DNA of 64,000 nucleotides, taken from positions 1,115-65,114 of the IMG/VR virus record IMGVR_UViG_3300044949_001928. One strand, given 5' to 3'. The stretch comes from a virus (Duplodnaviria > Caudoviricetes). Below are positions 1 to 9,968 of the stretch, in pieces (the first letter of the stretch is position 1; every line of letters starts with the position of its first letter). Below the pieces are notes generated by a model that saw only the letters and a list, made by a program, of their open reading frames with translations, ran no database searches and was not told where the DNA came from. Made by a program: the position numbers and the translations under genes.

Positions 1-840
1 GTCCACCCCGGCGATCCAGAGCTTCGCGCAGGCCACCAGGTCAAGCCTGCCGGCGCGGAGACCCCTGACGGCCTCCTTGCGCTGGTCCTTACTGCTGTGA
101 CCGTGAACGGCCATCGCCCGGTAGCCGGCGCGTCTCCACTGGTTAGCAACCGCTTCGGAGTGGGAAATGCTCATGCAGAATGACACGCCTCGCCGGCCGG
201 TGCAGTGTTGCCTCCAGTGGGAGAGGGCATCGCCGACCGCGAAGGTTCCGTCCTTCGAGATGCTCGCCAGGTTCGGATTGAACAGGCGCACCTTGGCCAG
301 CAGGCCCTCCTCCATAAGCTCCAAGGTGGAGCAGGTCAGCACCAGGTGGTCGAAAACCTCAATCAGCCCGCGGTTGTCCAACCGCTGGGGGGTGCCGGTC
401 AGGCCAAGCAGCAGGGGCCGGCCCATGCCGTTGATCACCTTCACGTAGGTGTCCGCCACGGCAAGGTGGCATTCGTCGATGATGATCAGATCGGGCCGGG
501 GCAGGTTGCGCCTGCCGATGGCGGCTGCGGCGGTTTGCACCATCACAACTTGCACGGGCCAGGTAAAATCGACGGGCCGGCCTGAGCGAATTTGGCCAAA
601 ATTGATACCAGCCGCTATGAGTCGCTCGGCGGTGTCGTCGAGGATCTCCTCCAGGTGGGCGAGGAACCAGACGCGCTTTCCTTTGGCGATGGCGCGTCGG
701 ACAATTTCCGTGGCGGTGGCCGTCTTGCCGAACCCTGTGGGCGCCACCAGGATCGGGGCGCGAAAGCCTTGCCTGTAGGCGTGCTGAACGTCACGGAGGG
801 CCTTGTCTTGGCGGGGGCGGAGCGTGAGGGCGAGGGTCAC
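1..840 (-). CDS. Superfamily-2 DNA helicase, truncated by the window edge
   Basis: Hand translation from GTG at 840: MTLALTLRPRQDKAL...ILVAPTGFGKT (Walker A), LIIIDECHLA (DExH), ...LDLVACAKLWIAGVD. The start overlaps the stop of 837..1100. Not in the ORF track. Confidence 0.9.
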   Translation of the reverse strand, partial: MTLALTLRPRQDKALRDVQHAYRQGFRAPILVAPTGFGKTATATEIVRRAIAKGKRVWFLAHLEEILDDTAERLIAAGINFGQIRSGRPVDFTWPVQVVMVQTAAAAIGRRNLPRPDLIIIDECHLAVADTYVKVINGMGRPLLLGLTGTPQRLDNRGLIEVFDHLVLTCSTLELMEEGLLAKVRLFNPNLASISKDGTFAVGDALSHWRQHCTGRRGVSFCMSISHSEAVANQWRRAGYRAMAVHGHSSKDQRKEAVRGLRAGRLDLVACAKLWIAGVD

Positions 841-1100
841 CGGCTGAGCGCTCCGACGACAACCGCCGCGACCGCCAGGCCGATCAGCATGGAGGATGCC
901 AGCCCACGCCAGAGCTCCAGCTCCAGCTGTTGCTTTGCAGAGACCCGCACCCCCAACGAGAGGGCAATGTAGAAGCCTTCCGCAAAAGCCTTTTTCGGGG
1001 TGACGTCCGGATCACTGGCGTAGGTGGCATTCCAAACTGTTTCGCCTTGTTGGCGCATCCGCAGCTCGATGTGCGGGGGGATGGGGGTTGGGGTGGTCAT
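837..1100 (-). CDS. Hypothetical protein with C-terminal TM helix
   Basis: Coupled to the helicase start; hydrophobic C-terminus LASSMLIGLAVAAVVVGAL. Confidence 0.6.
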   Translation of the reverse strand: MTTPTPIPPHIELRMRQQGETVWNATYASDPDVTPKKAFAEGFYIALSLGVRVSAKQQLELELWRGLASSMLIGLAVAAVVVGALSR

Positions 1101-1475
1101 GGGTTGCCAGCCTCGCGCCGACCAAGGAAAGCCGCCTTCGCCGTGTCAATGACATCCACAATGTGGGGCGCCCAGCGTGGGCCGTGGCGGTTGAGGCTTT
1201 CAATGCGCCGTTCAAATGCTGTTGTCATGGTGGTGCGCGACTCAATTGGAAACCACCAACCCACCCCCTTACTGCCGTCCTCATGTTCGTTTTCGCCTAA
1301 CGGCAGACCTCGGCGGGTCCACAAAATGACGAGTAGCCTGCTGAATCCCGCCGGGCGGCACGGGGCTGGCATCGTCGCGGAGGCGGTGGGGCGCGGTGGC
1401 AGACTGAGCGTACCATACGGAAACCGTACCGCCTAGGGTACGATCGGATCGCGCTCCCGAGACCCCACCACGCCC

Positions 1476-1808
1476 ATGCCAGTCAGTAGCAGCCCCCAGG
1501 ATCAGGACCCCAGGCCGACGCAAAGGATCAACATCCTGACACCCGCGCAATGGGTGGCCTGGCTGGACCGACAGGCCGCAGCTCACCACCAGAAACGGGC
1601 GGGCGTCCTGCGGAACATCATCCTCCAAGGCATCGAGGCCCCCGGGCACCCCCCTGAACCGCCGACCCTGCCGCCGCCGTTTTTCTACGTCGGGCTGGAA
1701 ATCCGCAGCGACTGGCTCGCTGAACTTGATCGCCGCGCCGCCGCCCTTAACTGGAAACGACCGGACTACATCCGGGCGCTGATCTGGGCCGCCAGCCAGG
1801 AATCCTGA
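1476..1808 (+). CDS. Tandem ribbon-helix-helix (CopG/Arc-like) regulator
   Basis: Two similar units RINILTPAQWVAWLDRQA...KRAGVLRNII and YVGLEIRSDWLAELDRRA...KRPDYIRALI joined by a Pro-rich linker. Confidence 0.7.
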   Translation: MPVSSSPQDQDPRPTQRINILTPAQWVAWLDRQAAAHHQKRAGVLRNIILQGIEAPGHPPEPPTLPPPFFYVGLEIRSDWLAELDRRAAALNWKRPDYIRALIWAASQES

Positions 1809-4552
1809 TGCCATCCCCAACGCTCCAGGCCGCCGCCGGTCGGTGGGAGGAGATCCTCTGCGCCCTGGGTGGCATCACGCAAGAGCAGCTGTGCGACAGG
1901 GAAGGCCCCTGCCCATCGTGCTTCGTGCTCACCGGTGACGCGGGCACAACGCGGTTTCGCTGGGATTACAGGAAGGACCCCATCAGCGGCGGCTGGCATT
2001 GCAGTCACTGCGGCGGCATCGCCCGCACCGGAGGCGGTGGCTCGGGCCTCGATCTCCTCCAGCGACTCCGCGGCTGGGACACTGCAACAGCACTAGACCG
2101 CGTCGATGGCTGGCTTGGCACCGCCGCACCAGCCCCGCCCGCAGCTGCTCAGCCCAAGCGCAAGGCCAGGCCGCACCGGATACCCGACATCCCGCCGCCG
2201 GGCACGCCACCGCCAGCGCTGGGCAACGCCACTGAGCAATACCCCTACGGGCCCGATCGCGCAACCCCCTGGTTCTGGGTGCAGCGCATCCCCCTACCGC
2301 CCAAGGCACCCGGCGGCAAACCCGGGAAGGCCCTGATCCACAGAACCTGGCTCGATGGCCGCTGGCACTACCCCAGATCCCGCGGGCCTAACGCTGATCC
2401 ATTCAGCTCCGAGTGGCCTAGCCCCAGGCCCCTCTACCGCCTGCCGGACCTCCTCGATCGGCCCGACGCACCGGTGCTACTCGTCGAGGGTGAGCCATCG
2501 GCCAATGCAGCTGCCGCGCTGTTCCCTGATCACGTTGCCGCCTGCTGGTACGGAGGCACCGGCGGCATCGGGCACGTCGACTGGGCGCCACTACAGGGCC
2601 GCACCGTTGTGCTCTGGCCCGATGCGGATGAGCAGGGCCGGCAGGCCATGGCGAAAATCGCCGGCCGCTTGCTCGCGCTGGACTGCACCCTCAGCGCCTT
2701 CCACCCTCCGGCCGACTTGCCGGCAGGCTGGGACCTTGGCGACGCCAGATCGCAGGGGATGAGCGGCCAGCAGGTGGCGGAGCTCCTGCAGCAGAACCTC
2801 AAGGCGATCCTCCCACCAGAGCCGGAACCCGAGCCGGAGCCTCCCCCTGGTGGGCCTCCCCCCGCTCCGCTATCGGATGCACCGGACCCTAGTAACTTGC
2901 CTTTCGTCTGCTTGGGATTCGATGGTGACAACTACTTTTACCAGCCCAACGAAACCGGACAAGTGCTCCGGTTCACTGGCAAAGGGCACACGTCAACGGC
3001 GCTCCTGCAACTTGCTAGTGAAGCGTGGTGGATGAATGCTTTCCCAGGGAAAACAGGCGTAAATTTTCAGAGTGCTTATTCTATGCTCTTTCGCCGTCAG
3101 GCACAGGTTGGCATCTACGATCCGGATAAGGTTCGCGGGCGTGGTGCTTGGCTGGATGGCGGGCGCTGCATCCTGCATCTTGGCGATCGGCTCATTGCCG
3201 ATGGAGTTGTTCATAGCATCATGCAACCTCCCGCCACTAAATACAGCTACCAACGTGCTGCATCCATCGACATCGATACAAATTTAGACCCCCTTACCGA
3301 TCAGGAGGGCATGCGAATCATCGACATCGCCTGCCGTTTTAACTGGGAGGTTCCCGCCAGCGGGCTCCTTCTTGCCGGCTGGACGGCTCTCGCGCCTATC
3401 TGCGGGGCCCTCAGCTGGCGCCCTCATGCCTGGCTCACGGCCGGGGCTGGCTCCGGGAAATCAACCCTGCTCGATCGGTTTCTCGGGCCCCTACTGGCGG
3501 AGCTGGCAATCTGGCCGGAGGGAGCAACAACGGAGGCATTCATCCGGCAAAAACTTCGAGCTGACGCCAGGCCAGTGGTCTTTGATGAAGCTGAATCCAA
3601 CGAAAAGGCAGATCAGCACCGGATTCAAGCAATTTTGGCCTTAGCACGCGGCGCTTCATCCTCCGGCCGTGGCGTGATCGGCAAAGGTAGCGCTGCTGGC
3701 GACGCTCAGCAATTTACTATGCGCTCAATGTTTATGCTCTGCTCAATTAGCACGGCCCTCAAGCACGGCGCAGACCAGTCCCGATTCGCTCAGCTCACCA
3801 TGCGCTCACCCAACCACCTCCCTCGCGAAGAGCGACAAGCTCACTGGCAGGCATTGAGTGCCGACCTGGACCTGATCACACCAGAACTCGGCCATAGGCT
3901 GCTTCTGCGCTCCGTGCGCTCCATCGGTGTGATTCGTGAATCCGTCGCTGCTTTCAGGCGGGCCGCAGGCGATCGGTTTGACAGTCAGAGACATGGTGAT
4001 CAGTACGGCACCTTACTGGCCGGAGCCTGGTCCTTAACCAGCGGAAGACCCGCAACCCATGAGGATGCACTGCAGCTCATCGACTCAAACAACTGGCAAA
4101 CCTATCGAGAAGTGGAGGAGGCGGATGAGCAGAGATGCCTGCAGTACATCCTGCAGCATCAGGTAAGGGTTGAAACCGAGCGGATTGAGCTGACCGGCGC
4201 CAGGGTTCAGAGCACTGCGAAGGTTCTAACCCGCACCGTCTGGGAACTGGTGGAGGCAGCCAGAGCGGGCCGCGAGGCTGCAGACATCCCCGCGGAGGTG
4301 GCGGAGTCACACCTCGGACGCATCGGGCTCCGGGTGATGGACGGTCGGCTTCTGGTGGCGAACACGGCCATCGGCCTTCAGCGGATCCTGGCGGATACCC
4401 CGTGGGCTCACAGCTGGCCCACGGTGCTCGCCCGCATCCACGGCGCCCAGAAGCCCGGCAAGGTCCGCTTTAAGGGGATGAGCGGCAGTTCCAGGGCCGT
4501 ATCGCTGCCGCTGGCGGGGGCGGAATCGCTGCCGCTGGCGGGGGCGGAGTAA
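1808..4552 (+). CDS. Primase-helicase (Zn-binding + TOPRIM + P-loop ATPase)
   Basis: CPSC...HCSHC zinc ribbon; VLLVEGE and LWPDAD TOPRIM motifs; AGAGSGKS Walker A; VVFDEAE Walker B. Confidence 0.9.
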   Translation: MPSPTLQAAAGRWEEILCALGGITQEQLCDREGPCPSCFVLTGDAGTTRFRWDYRKDPISGGWHCSHCGGIARTGGGGSGLDLLQRLRGWDTATALDRVDGWLGTAAPAPPAAAQPKRKARPHRIPDIPPPGTPPPALGNATEQYPYGPDRATPWFWVQRIPLPPKAPGGKPGKALIHRTWLDGRWHYPRSRGPNADPFSSEWPSPRPLYRLPDLLDRPDAPVLLVEGEPSANAAAALFPDHVAACWYGGTGGIGHVDWAPLQGRTVVLWPDADEQGRQAMAKIAGRLLALDCTLSAFHPPADLPAGWDLGDARSQGMSGQQVAELLQQNLKAILPPEPEPEPEPPPGGPPPAPLSDAPDPSNLPFVCLGFDGDNYFYQPNETGQVLRFTGKGHTSTALLQLASEAWWMNAFPGKTGVNFQSAYSMLFRRQAQVGIYDPDKVRGRGAWLDGGRCILHLGDRLIADGVVHSIMQPPATKYSYQRAASIDIDTNLDPLTDQEGMRIIDIACRFNWEVPASGLLLAGWTALAPICGALSWRPHAWLTAGAGSGKSTLLDRFLGPLLAELAIWPEGATTEAFIRQKLRADARPVVFDEAESNEKADQHRIQAILALARGASSSGRGVIGKGSAAGDAQQFTMRSMFMLCSISTALKHGADQSRFAQLTMRSPNHLPREERQAHWQALSADLDLITPELGHRLLLRSVRSIGVIRESVAAFRRAAGDRFDSQRHGDQYGTLLAGAWSLTSGRPATHEDALQLIDSNNWQTYREVEEADEQRCLQYILQHQVRVETERIELTGARVQSTAKVLTRTVWELVEAARAGREAADIPAEVAESHLGRIGLRVMDGRLLVANTAIGLQRILADTPWAHSWPTVLARIHGAQKPGKVRFKGMSGSSRAVSLPLAGAESLPLAGAE

Positions 4553-4582
4553 GCCCGTCGGACGTGTCGGGGCTTGGCGATG

Positions 4583-4612
4583 GCGTGGCCGGGATTTCCG
4601 GCCACGCTTTTT
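4583..4612 (+). terminator. Rho-independent terminator after the primase gene
   Basis: GCGTGGCCGG-gattt-CCGGCCACGC stem followed by TTTTT. Confidence 0.75.
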
Positions 4613-4639
4613 GTGCGATCAAGGGCAACCGTCGGGCCC

Positions 4640-4930
4640 AGTGGAACGCCCCCAAGGGGCCCCGAACGGAACGGCGGAACGCCAAGCGGAACACAAGAAC
4701 CCTTGCAAACACTGGATTTGTTCCGTTGTCCCGCCTGTTCCGGCTTCCAGGCGAGAGGCCTACATGCGCATGTGCGGGTGCGTGCGTGCGCGCATGCGCG
4801 TATGTATCTGTATTTCTGTCTTTAGGTGGAACAACGGAACAAAACAGGGGCCGGCCTAGTTGCCGCAAGGGGTTTACCCCGTTCCGCTTTGCGTTCCGCC
4901 CCCGGAACAGAGCGGAACAAGCGGAACAGG
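4640..4930. repeat. Cluster of (C)GGAAC/GTTCC(G) repeats, putative replication origin
   Basis: More than a dozen GGAAC/GTTCC pentamers in both orientations directly after the primase-helicase, around an alternating purine/pyrimidine tract. Confidence 0.6.
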
Positions 4931-6374
4931 TACCCTCGGCTGCGCTACGATGCGGAAGCCACACACCACTCCGCCGATGGACGACCCAAAGCCCTGCCCC
5001 GAGACATGGGCCCTGCACGCCAAAGCACAGATCGCCGCTCAGGCCATGCACCTGGCCGGCATCTGCCGGAACGACTCGCCAGCCGGCTGCGCAGATGCCA
5101 GCCCCAAGGTGTTCGCCGCCATGATCCAGGCCCATGCCATGAACCGCATCGCGGACGCCCTCGGGTCACTGGAGCGGATCGCTACGGCGCTGGAGACAGC
5201 AAAGGCCGAGAAGCCGCTGCCCGACGCGGCGAAACAGGAGCCCGCGGCGCGGGCTAATCCAGTGGCATCCTGGGGAGGCTGGCGCCGTGGTCGTCCTAGG
5301 TGGGTGGATTCTTCGAGGAGCTTCGTCGAAGTACCCGAAGGCGGCCAGCTCGCCATCCTGCCTATCGGGCGCAAATTTCGCGTCAAAGATTTCTGGGCGA
5401 TCGGCGCCGCCGATCGCTGGGCGCCGATCGTCTGGGTTGACTGGTCCTTCGTCGAGGAACCCGCCAGCAGCCCCCTCGATCTCGATCGGCCCCAGGGCGA
5501 GCGCTGGATCAGCCACCGCACGCCCACCCGCGAAGATGCCACCCCAACGCTTGGCGTTGTTGAGGTCCGGGTAGGTGGTGTAGAGCACAAATGGCCCTCC
5601 GGTCGCCAAGCCCGGCTCAAAAATTGGCACGAAGTCGCACTCGGTGAGCCTTGGGCCCGCTGGTCACTGCCCCCCAAGGCCGCCACCTGGTCACCGCCTC
5701 CCAAGGCCCCCACCACAGCCCCCCAGGAGCCCCCTGCAGGCGATCCCGACGCACTGGTGCTGGGCACATCGCAGGAGCGCCACACAGGCGGCTCTGAGGC
5801 GCTGCAGGGCGAGGGTAAGGGCCAGGACGTGCCAGAGGGGGAGCAAGGGGGTCGGGAGGGCCCTGCAGCTGCCCCTGGTGGGGAATCGGAGAAGCTGAGC
5901 ATGGACGAGCTGCTGGAGCAGGCGAACGAGCTGCTGGAGCTTGGGCTACCGGGGCTGGAGCGGGTGTTATCCGGGCCCCCTGCAACTGCCCCTGGTGGGC
6001 ATCCGCTTGATCGGGACGGATGGATCAGGAGCAGGCTGCCGACTCAAGGGGATGCGACTGCGAACGGTCGTGTGAAGACCCCTCACGGGCGCGGGCAAAG
6101 CTGGTTCTGGATTTCGTGGCACGTTGTCACCTCGGGCCAGCCATGGGCGCCGGCTTCCACCGAACCCTCCCCTTACACCCCTCAACCCCTCCCTGCCCAC
6201 CTCGCTTACCCCACATCCGAAGGGTGGATCCATGACCGGGTGCCGGGGCCCGAGGATGGGGATAAGGAAGGGGATGTGTTCGTCGCTGGGGATGTGTTCG
6301 TCGCGGATATCCTCAGCGCCTACGCCCACTGGTCACACATCGTCCCCGGCCAACCCTGGCGGCCAATCTCCTGA
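4860..6374 (+). CDS. Hypothetical protein with repeated Trp-rich modules (true start probably near 4950-4977)
   Basis: WISHRTPTREDA, WIRSRLPTQGDA and WIHDRVPGPEDG, each followed by W..V/I..G.PW. Confidence 0.7.
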   Translation: MPQGVYPVPLCVPPPEQSGTSGTGTLGCATMRKPHTTPPMDDPKPCPETWALHAKAQIAAQAMHLAGICRNDSPAGCADASPKVFAAMIQAHAMNRIADALGSLERIATALETAKAEKPLPDAAKQEPAARANPVASWGGWRRGRPRWVDSSRSFVEVPEGGQLAILPIGRKFRVKDFWAIGAADRWAPIVWVDWSFVEEPASSPLDLDRPQGERWISHRTPTREDATPTLGVVEVRVGGVEHKWPSGRQARLKNWHEVALGEPWARWSLPPKAATWSPPPKAPTTAPQEPPAGDPDALVLGTSQERHTGGSEALQGEGKGQDVPEGEQGGREGPAAAPGGESEKLSMDELLEQANELLELGLPGLERVLSGPPATAPGGHPLDRDGWIRSRLPTQGDATANGRVKTPHGRGQSWFWISWHVVTSGQPWAPASTEPSPYTPQPLPAHLAYPTSEGWIHDRVPGPEDGDKEGDVFVAGDVFVADILSAYAHWSHIVPGQPWRPIS

Positions 6375-6432
6375 CCCCATTCCGCATTCGCATCACTGGT
6401 GGTATGCTGTTGGCGTTGCCGCATCGTGAACC

Positions 6433-6921
6433 TTGGCAGGAGGTAGACCCTCCAAACTGACGCCGGAACTGGTCGAGAGGGCTGGCGAGCTGGCGGAAAG
6501 GGGCTTACCTATGCCACTGATCGCCGCTCGTCTTGGCATCGGTCGCGCTACCGCTAGCCACTGGATGGCCGCCGCTGATGAGAATGGCGAAGACAGCCTG
6601 GAGTACAAGTTTCGACAAGCCATCTTTATAGCGGACGCCAATAGTTGCGAGCATTTACTTTCCGGCCTTGAACTTGCGGCCCGTGGGAGTCAGGAATCCG
6701 CCCCTAACGCTTGGGCTGCTACCTGGCTTCTTACCCATCACCCTCGCCTTCGTGATCACTTCAGCGACGCTGCCGCTGAGCGCAAAACCGAACGCCGCAC
6801 CGTCGCCACCGTCCTGGAGGCCGTCGCCGCCACCGGGCTGACGCCTGATCAGGAGCGCACACTGCTGTTGCAGATGCAAGCCCGTGGGCTGGGGGCGCTG
6901 CAGGGTGAGGGGGAGCAGTGA
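6433..6921 (+). CDS. terS: Terminase small subunit (HTH)
   Basis: GRPSKLTPE N-terminus, HTH and NAWAATWLL motif; lies upstream of terL. Confidence 0.75.
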   Translation: MAGGRPSKLTPELVERAGELAERGLPMPLIAARLGIGRATASHWMAAADENGEDSLEYKFRQAIFIADANSCEHLLSGLELAARGSQESAPNAWAATWLLTHHPRLRDHFSDAAAERKTERRTVATVLEAVAATGLTPDQERTLLLQMQARGLGALQGEGEQ

Positions 6922-7571
6922 CCGAACACGCCCCCGCCGGCCGCTTCATCGTCTTCGAGGGCATCGACGGCAGCGGTAAAACCACGCAGCTGCAGCGACT
7001 GGCCGAGTGGCTGCCCAACAGCGGCCTCATGCCCTCCGGGGCTCTGCTGCACGTCACCCGCGAACCCGGCGGCACCGCGCTAGGTCAGTCCCTGCGGCAG
7101 CTGCTGCTGCATCCTCCCGCTGGCACCGCTCCCTGCCCTATCGCTGAGCTGCTGCTCTATGCCGCCGATCGGGCTCAGCATGTCGAGACCGTAATTCGGC
7201 CGGCGCTGGCGGCAGGCGACTGGGTGCTCTGTGATCGCTTTACCGGATCTACTGCCGCTTACCAGGGCTATGGCCGCGGCTTTTCGCCGCGAGTCATCAC
7301 CGAACTGGAGTGGATCGCTACCGGCGGTCTCCGGCCAGACCTGACCATCTGGCTGAAACTGCCAGTGGCGGAATCCCTGCGCCGCCGCGGCTACCGCCCC
7401 GCCGATCGCATCGAGGCCAGCGGTGAGGAGTTCCTGCAGCGCGTCGGGGACGGGTTCGCCCATCTGGCGTTGCAACGGGACTGGCAGCGCGTCAACGCGA
7501 TGCAGTCAGTTGATGAGGTGGCAAAGGACTGCTCCCGCCTGGTGGGAGATTTCCTGCGGCGGGAGGCATGA
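6918..7571 (+). CDS. tmk: Thymidylate kinase
   Basis: FIVFEGIDGSGKTTQ, TREPGGT, LLYAADRAQH, CDRFTGST.AYQGYGRG. Confidence 0.97.
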   Translation: MTEHAPAGRFIVFEGIDGSGKTTQLQRLAEWLPNSGLMPSGALLHVTREPGGTALGQSLRQLLLHPPAGTAPCPIAELLLYAADRAQHVETVIRPALAAGDWVLCDRFTGSTAAYQGYGRGFSPRVITELEWIATGGLRPDLTIWLKLPVAESLRRRGYRPADRIEASGEEFLQRVGDGFAHLALQRDWQRVNAMQSVDEVAKDCSRLVGDFLRREA

Positions 7572-7843
7572 TCGAACTCACCCCACGCCTGCTCTCCGCC
7601 CGCAGCATCGTCAGCGATCGGGTGATCCTCGATTGGCTGGAGGTGTGCAGACGTGCCGTGCCGATTGAGTTCGGCGTCCGTGGCCGTGGTGTTCGCACCG
7701 GTGACCTCGAGGACGCCTGGCACTGCTCGCAGTCGACGGTTTCCCGCCGGTTGGCAGCCATCAACGCAGCGCCGCCGGAGGCTGGCCTGGGGCGTGTTGA
7801 GCGCGCTCGGGGCGGCCAAGGGTGGTGGAGGGTGCTGGTGTGA
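7568..7843 (+). CDS. Winged-HTH protein, similar to the 57.5-58.2 kb pair
   Basis: DLEDAWHCSQSTVSRRL resembles KLQRRWGCSSQTISRRL; coupled to tmk. Confidence 0.65.
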   Translation: MIELTPRLLSARSIVSDRVILDWLEVCRRAVPIEFGVRGRGVRTGDLEDAWHCSQSTVSRRLAAINAAPPEAGLGRVERARGGQGWWRVLV

Positions 7844-8559
7844 CGCGCCGCGACCGCAGCCTCACCTACCTCCTCGGAAACCCGCCGGAGGTCGCCCCGC
7901 AGCACAGCGAGCAACCCCGATGGCTTGGGTATGTGACGGAAATCGTCACCGAACTATACAAGTTTCGGCCGGTTGCATATTGCCCGATTCAGGAAGACGA
8001 GTATTGGCACATCGAACCAGGGAAAAAGACTACCGATCTTTGTATCGGCTACCGTCATATCGGGCCGGATGTAAGTTTCGGGCAGGTGATCACACAGGAG
8101 CAAGCTCTTCGATTACTGGTGACTGATCTCCAAGCGCTTGCCTCGAAGTTGAGCGATCTCCTGCCAGCATTTGATACGTGGTACCCACAGATTCAAGCTG
8201 TTGTAGTCTCCCTGGTCTTCGATCAAGGATTCAATGGCTTCCGATACTCTCGGCTTGGAAGGGAAATGACGACAAACTGGTATGGCTATTATCAGCCGAT
8301 GGAGTGCTACGAGGAATGCTATGAGAAATACTTCAGGAACAGGGATCGCAGCGGCAGGGATTATTCACTATACTGCGCTCACTTAGGCTTAATTGATGAG
8401 TGGCGGCTTTTGGTGCACAATCAGGCTAAGGCTAAAGCGGAGGCCAAGCGCGGCGCCAGGCGAGCAGCAATGAGGGCCAAGCGCATCGAGGCCAGTCGAT
8501 GCCATCGCGCTGGCCTGGCGACCTGGCGTGCCAGTAAGCAGACAGAGGCAGCCGCATGA
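7840..8559 (+). CDS. Degenerate GH24 lysozyme-like protein
   Basis: IGYRHIG...GQVITQEQALRLLVTDL...QAVVVSLVFDQG aligns by eye with the endolysin at 61011; catalytic positions differ. Confidence 0.65.
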   Translation: MTRRDRSLTYLLGNPPEVAPQHSEQPRWLGYVTEIVTELYKFRPVAYCPIQEDEYWHIEPGKKTTDLCIGYRHIGPDVSFGQVITQEQALRLLVTDLQALASKLSDLLPAFDTWYPQIQAVVVSLVFDQGFNGFRYSRLGREMTTNWYGYYQPMECYEECYEKYFRNRDRSGRDYSLYCAHLGLIDEWRLLVHNQAKAKAEAKRGARRAAMRAKRIEASRCHRAGLATWRASKQTEAAA

Positions 8560-9968
8560 CCACCTCCCTCCGCTCTCGCCGCATCACCACGCCCGAGGCG
8601 TTGCTGGCCGTGCTGGAGCTGGAGCGGAGGGCGTCGCCTCGCACCACCCTCGACATTCCCACCACCCTCACCGCCATCCGCGACGACCTGCACGGGGGGC
8701 AGGTGGATCTATTCGATGACACCACAACACGAGAGATCGGTGTCGCAGCCGGCTACGGGGCCGGGAAGACCCTCGGCGCCTGCGCCAAAGCCTTCCAGCT
8801 TGCCACGCTCAATCAGGGGTTCGTCGGCTGCGTGCTGGAGCCGACCGGGCCGATGCTGCGGGACATCTGGATTCGGAAGTTCGACGCCTTCCTTGATCAC
8901 TACCGCATCCCCTACACCTTCCGGGCCTCGCCGCTACCCGAGCACGTCCTACACCTTCCCTGTGGGGATACCCCAGTGCTCGCCCGCAGCTTCGAGAACT
9001 TTAAGCGGATCGTCGGACCGGACTGGGCGTGGGCGCTGGTGGACGAAGTTGACACCGTGCAGGAGCAGATCGCCGCACGGGGCTACGAGAAGATTCTCGG
9101 CCGTATCCGGGTCGGCCACGTAAACCAACTGGCGTTCCTCTCCACTCCGGAGGGTTACGCCTGGCACTACAAAACCTTCGGCACCAACGAGGCCGCGGCC
9201 GACACCGGTAAGCGGCTGATTCGCATGCGCAGCCAGGATAATCCACACTTACCGGAGAGCTACCTCGACAACATGCGCGAGCGCTACACCAAGGCGATGC
9301 TTGACGCCTATATGAATGGCCTTTATGTCAACCTGAAGACCGGTCAGGTCTACGACCGCTTTAGCCGAGACCACCACGTCAAACCCCTGCCCGATGGTCT
9401 CCAGCCGTCCGACCACATTCTGGTGGGGATCGACTTCAACGTGGGCAACATGTCCGCCGTCCTGCTGGTGGCGCGAGGTCGCGCTGTTTATGCCTTCGGC
9501 GAGATCATGGGCGCCCATGACACCGACGACCTATGCCGCAAGGCCCGCCAGCGCTTCCCTCAGCGACCCCTCTACGCCTACCCTGACGCCAGCGGAGCGA
9601 ATCGCAGCACCAACGCTAGCCTGTCCGATATCGGGATCCTAAAATCCTACGGGTTTCAAAACCGGGCGCCAGAAGCAAACCCGCCGGTGCGGGACCGCGT
9701 GAATGTGGTGCAGGCCCTACTGCTCAATGCCAAGGGTGAGACGCGGCTATGGGTGTCCCCTGAATGCCCCCGCCTGATTGAATCGCTGGAGCGTCAAGGC
9801 TATGACGATCGTGGCGAGCCGGACAAAAAGAGCGGATATGACCACGCCTGCGACGCCCTGGGGTATCCATTGCACCGCCTGTTTGCCGCTGAACTAGGCT
9901 ACGGTCTGAGCGGACCCATGCGCACCACCACCGCCTACATCGGCCGCGGCGGCCCCCCATCGCGGTAG
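8556..9968 (+). CDS. terL: Terminase large subunit
   Basis: AGYGAGKT, ALVDEVD, LSTPEG, GIDFN, YPDASG and DHACDALGY nuclease motif. Confidence 0.97.
   Translation: MTTSLRSRRITTPEALLAVLELERRASPRTTLDIPTTLTAIRDDLHGGQVDLFDDTTTREIGVAAGYGAGKTLGACAKAFQLATLNQGFVGCVLEPTGPMLRDIWIRKFDAFLDHYRIPYTFRASPLPEHVLHLPCGDTPVLARSFENFKRIVGPDWAWALVDEVDTVQEQIAARGYEKILGRIRVGHVNQLAFLSTPEGYAWHYKTFGTNEAAADTGKRLIRMRSQDNPHLPESYLDNMRERYTKAMLDAYMNGLYVNLKTGQVYDRFSRDHHVKPLPDGLQPSDHILVGIDFNVGNMSAVLLVARGRAVYAFGEIMGAHDTDDLCRKARQRFPQRPLYAYPDASGANRSTNASLSDIGILKSYGFQNRAPEANPPVRDRVNVVQALLLNAKGETRLWVSPECPRLIESLERQGYDDRGEPDKKSGYDHACDALGYPLHRLFAAELGYGLSGPMRTTTAYIGRGGPPSR

Noticed and set aside
167-972. Plus-strand ORFs listed in the track
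   Set aside because: Antisense shadows of the minus-strand helicase; most other overlapping track ORFs were dismissed the same way
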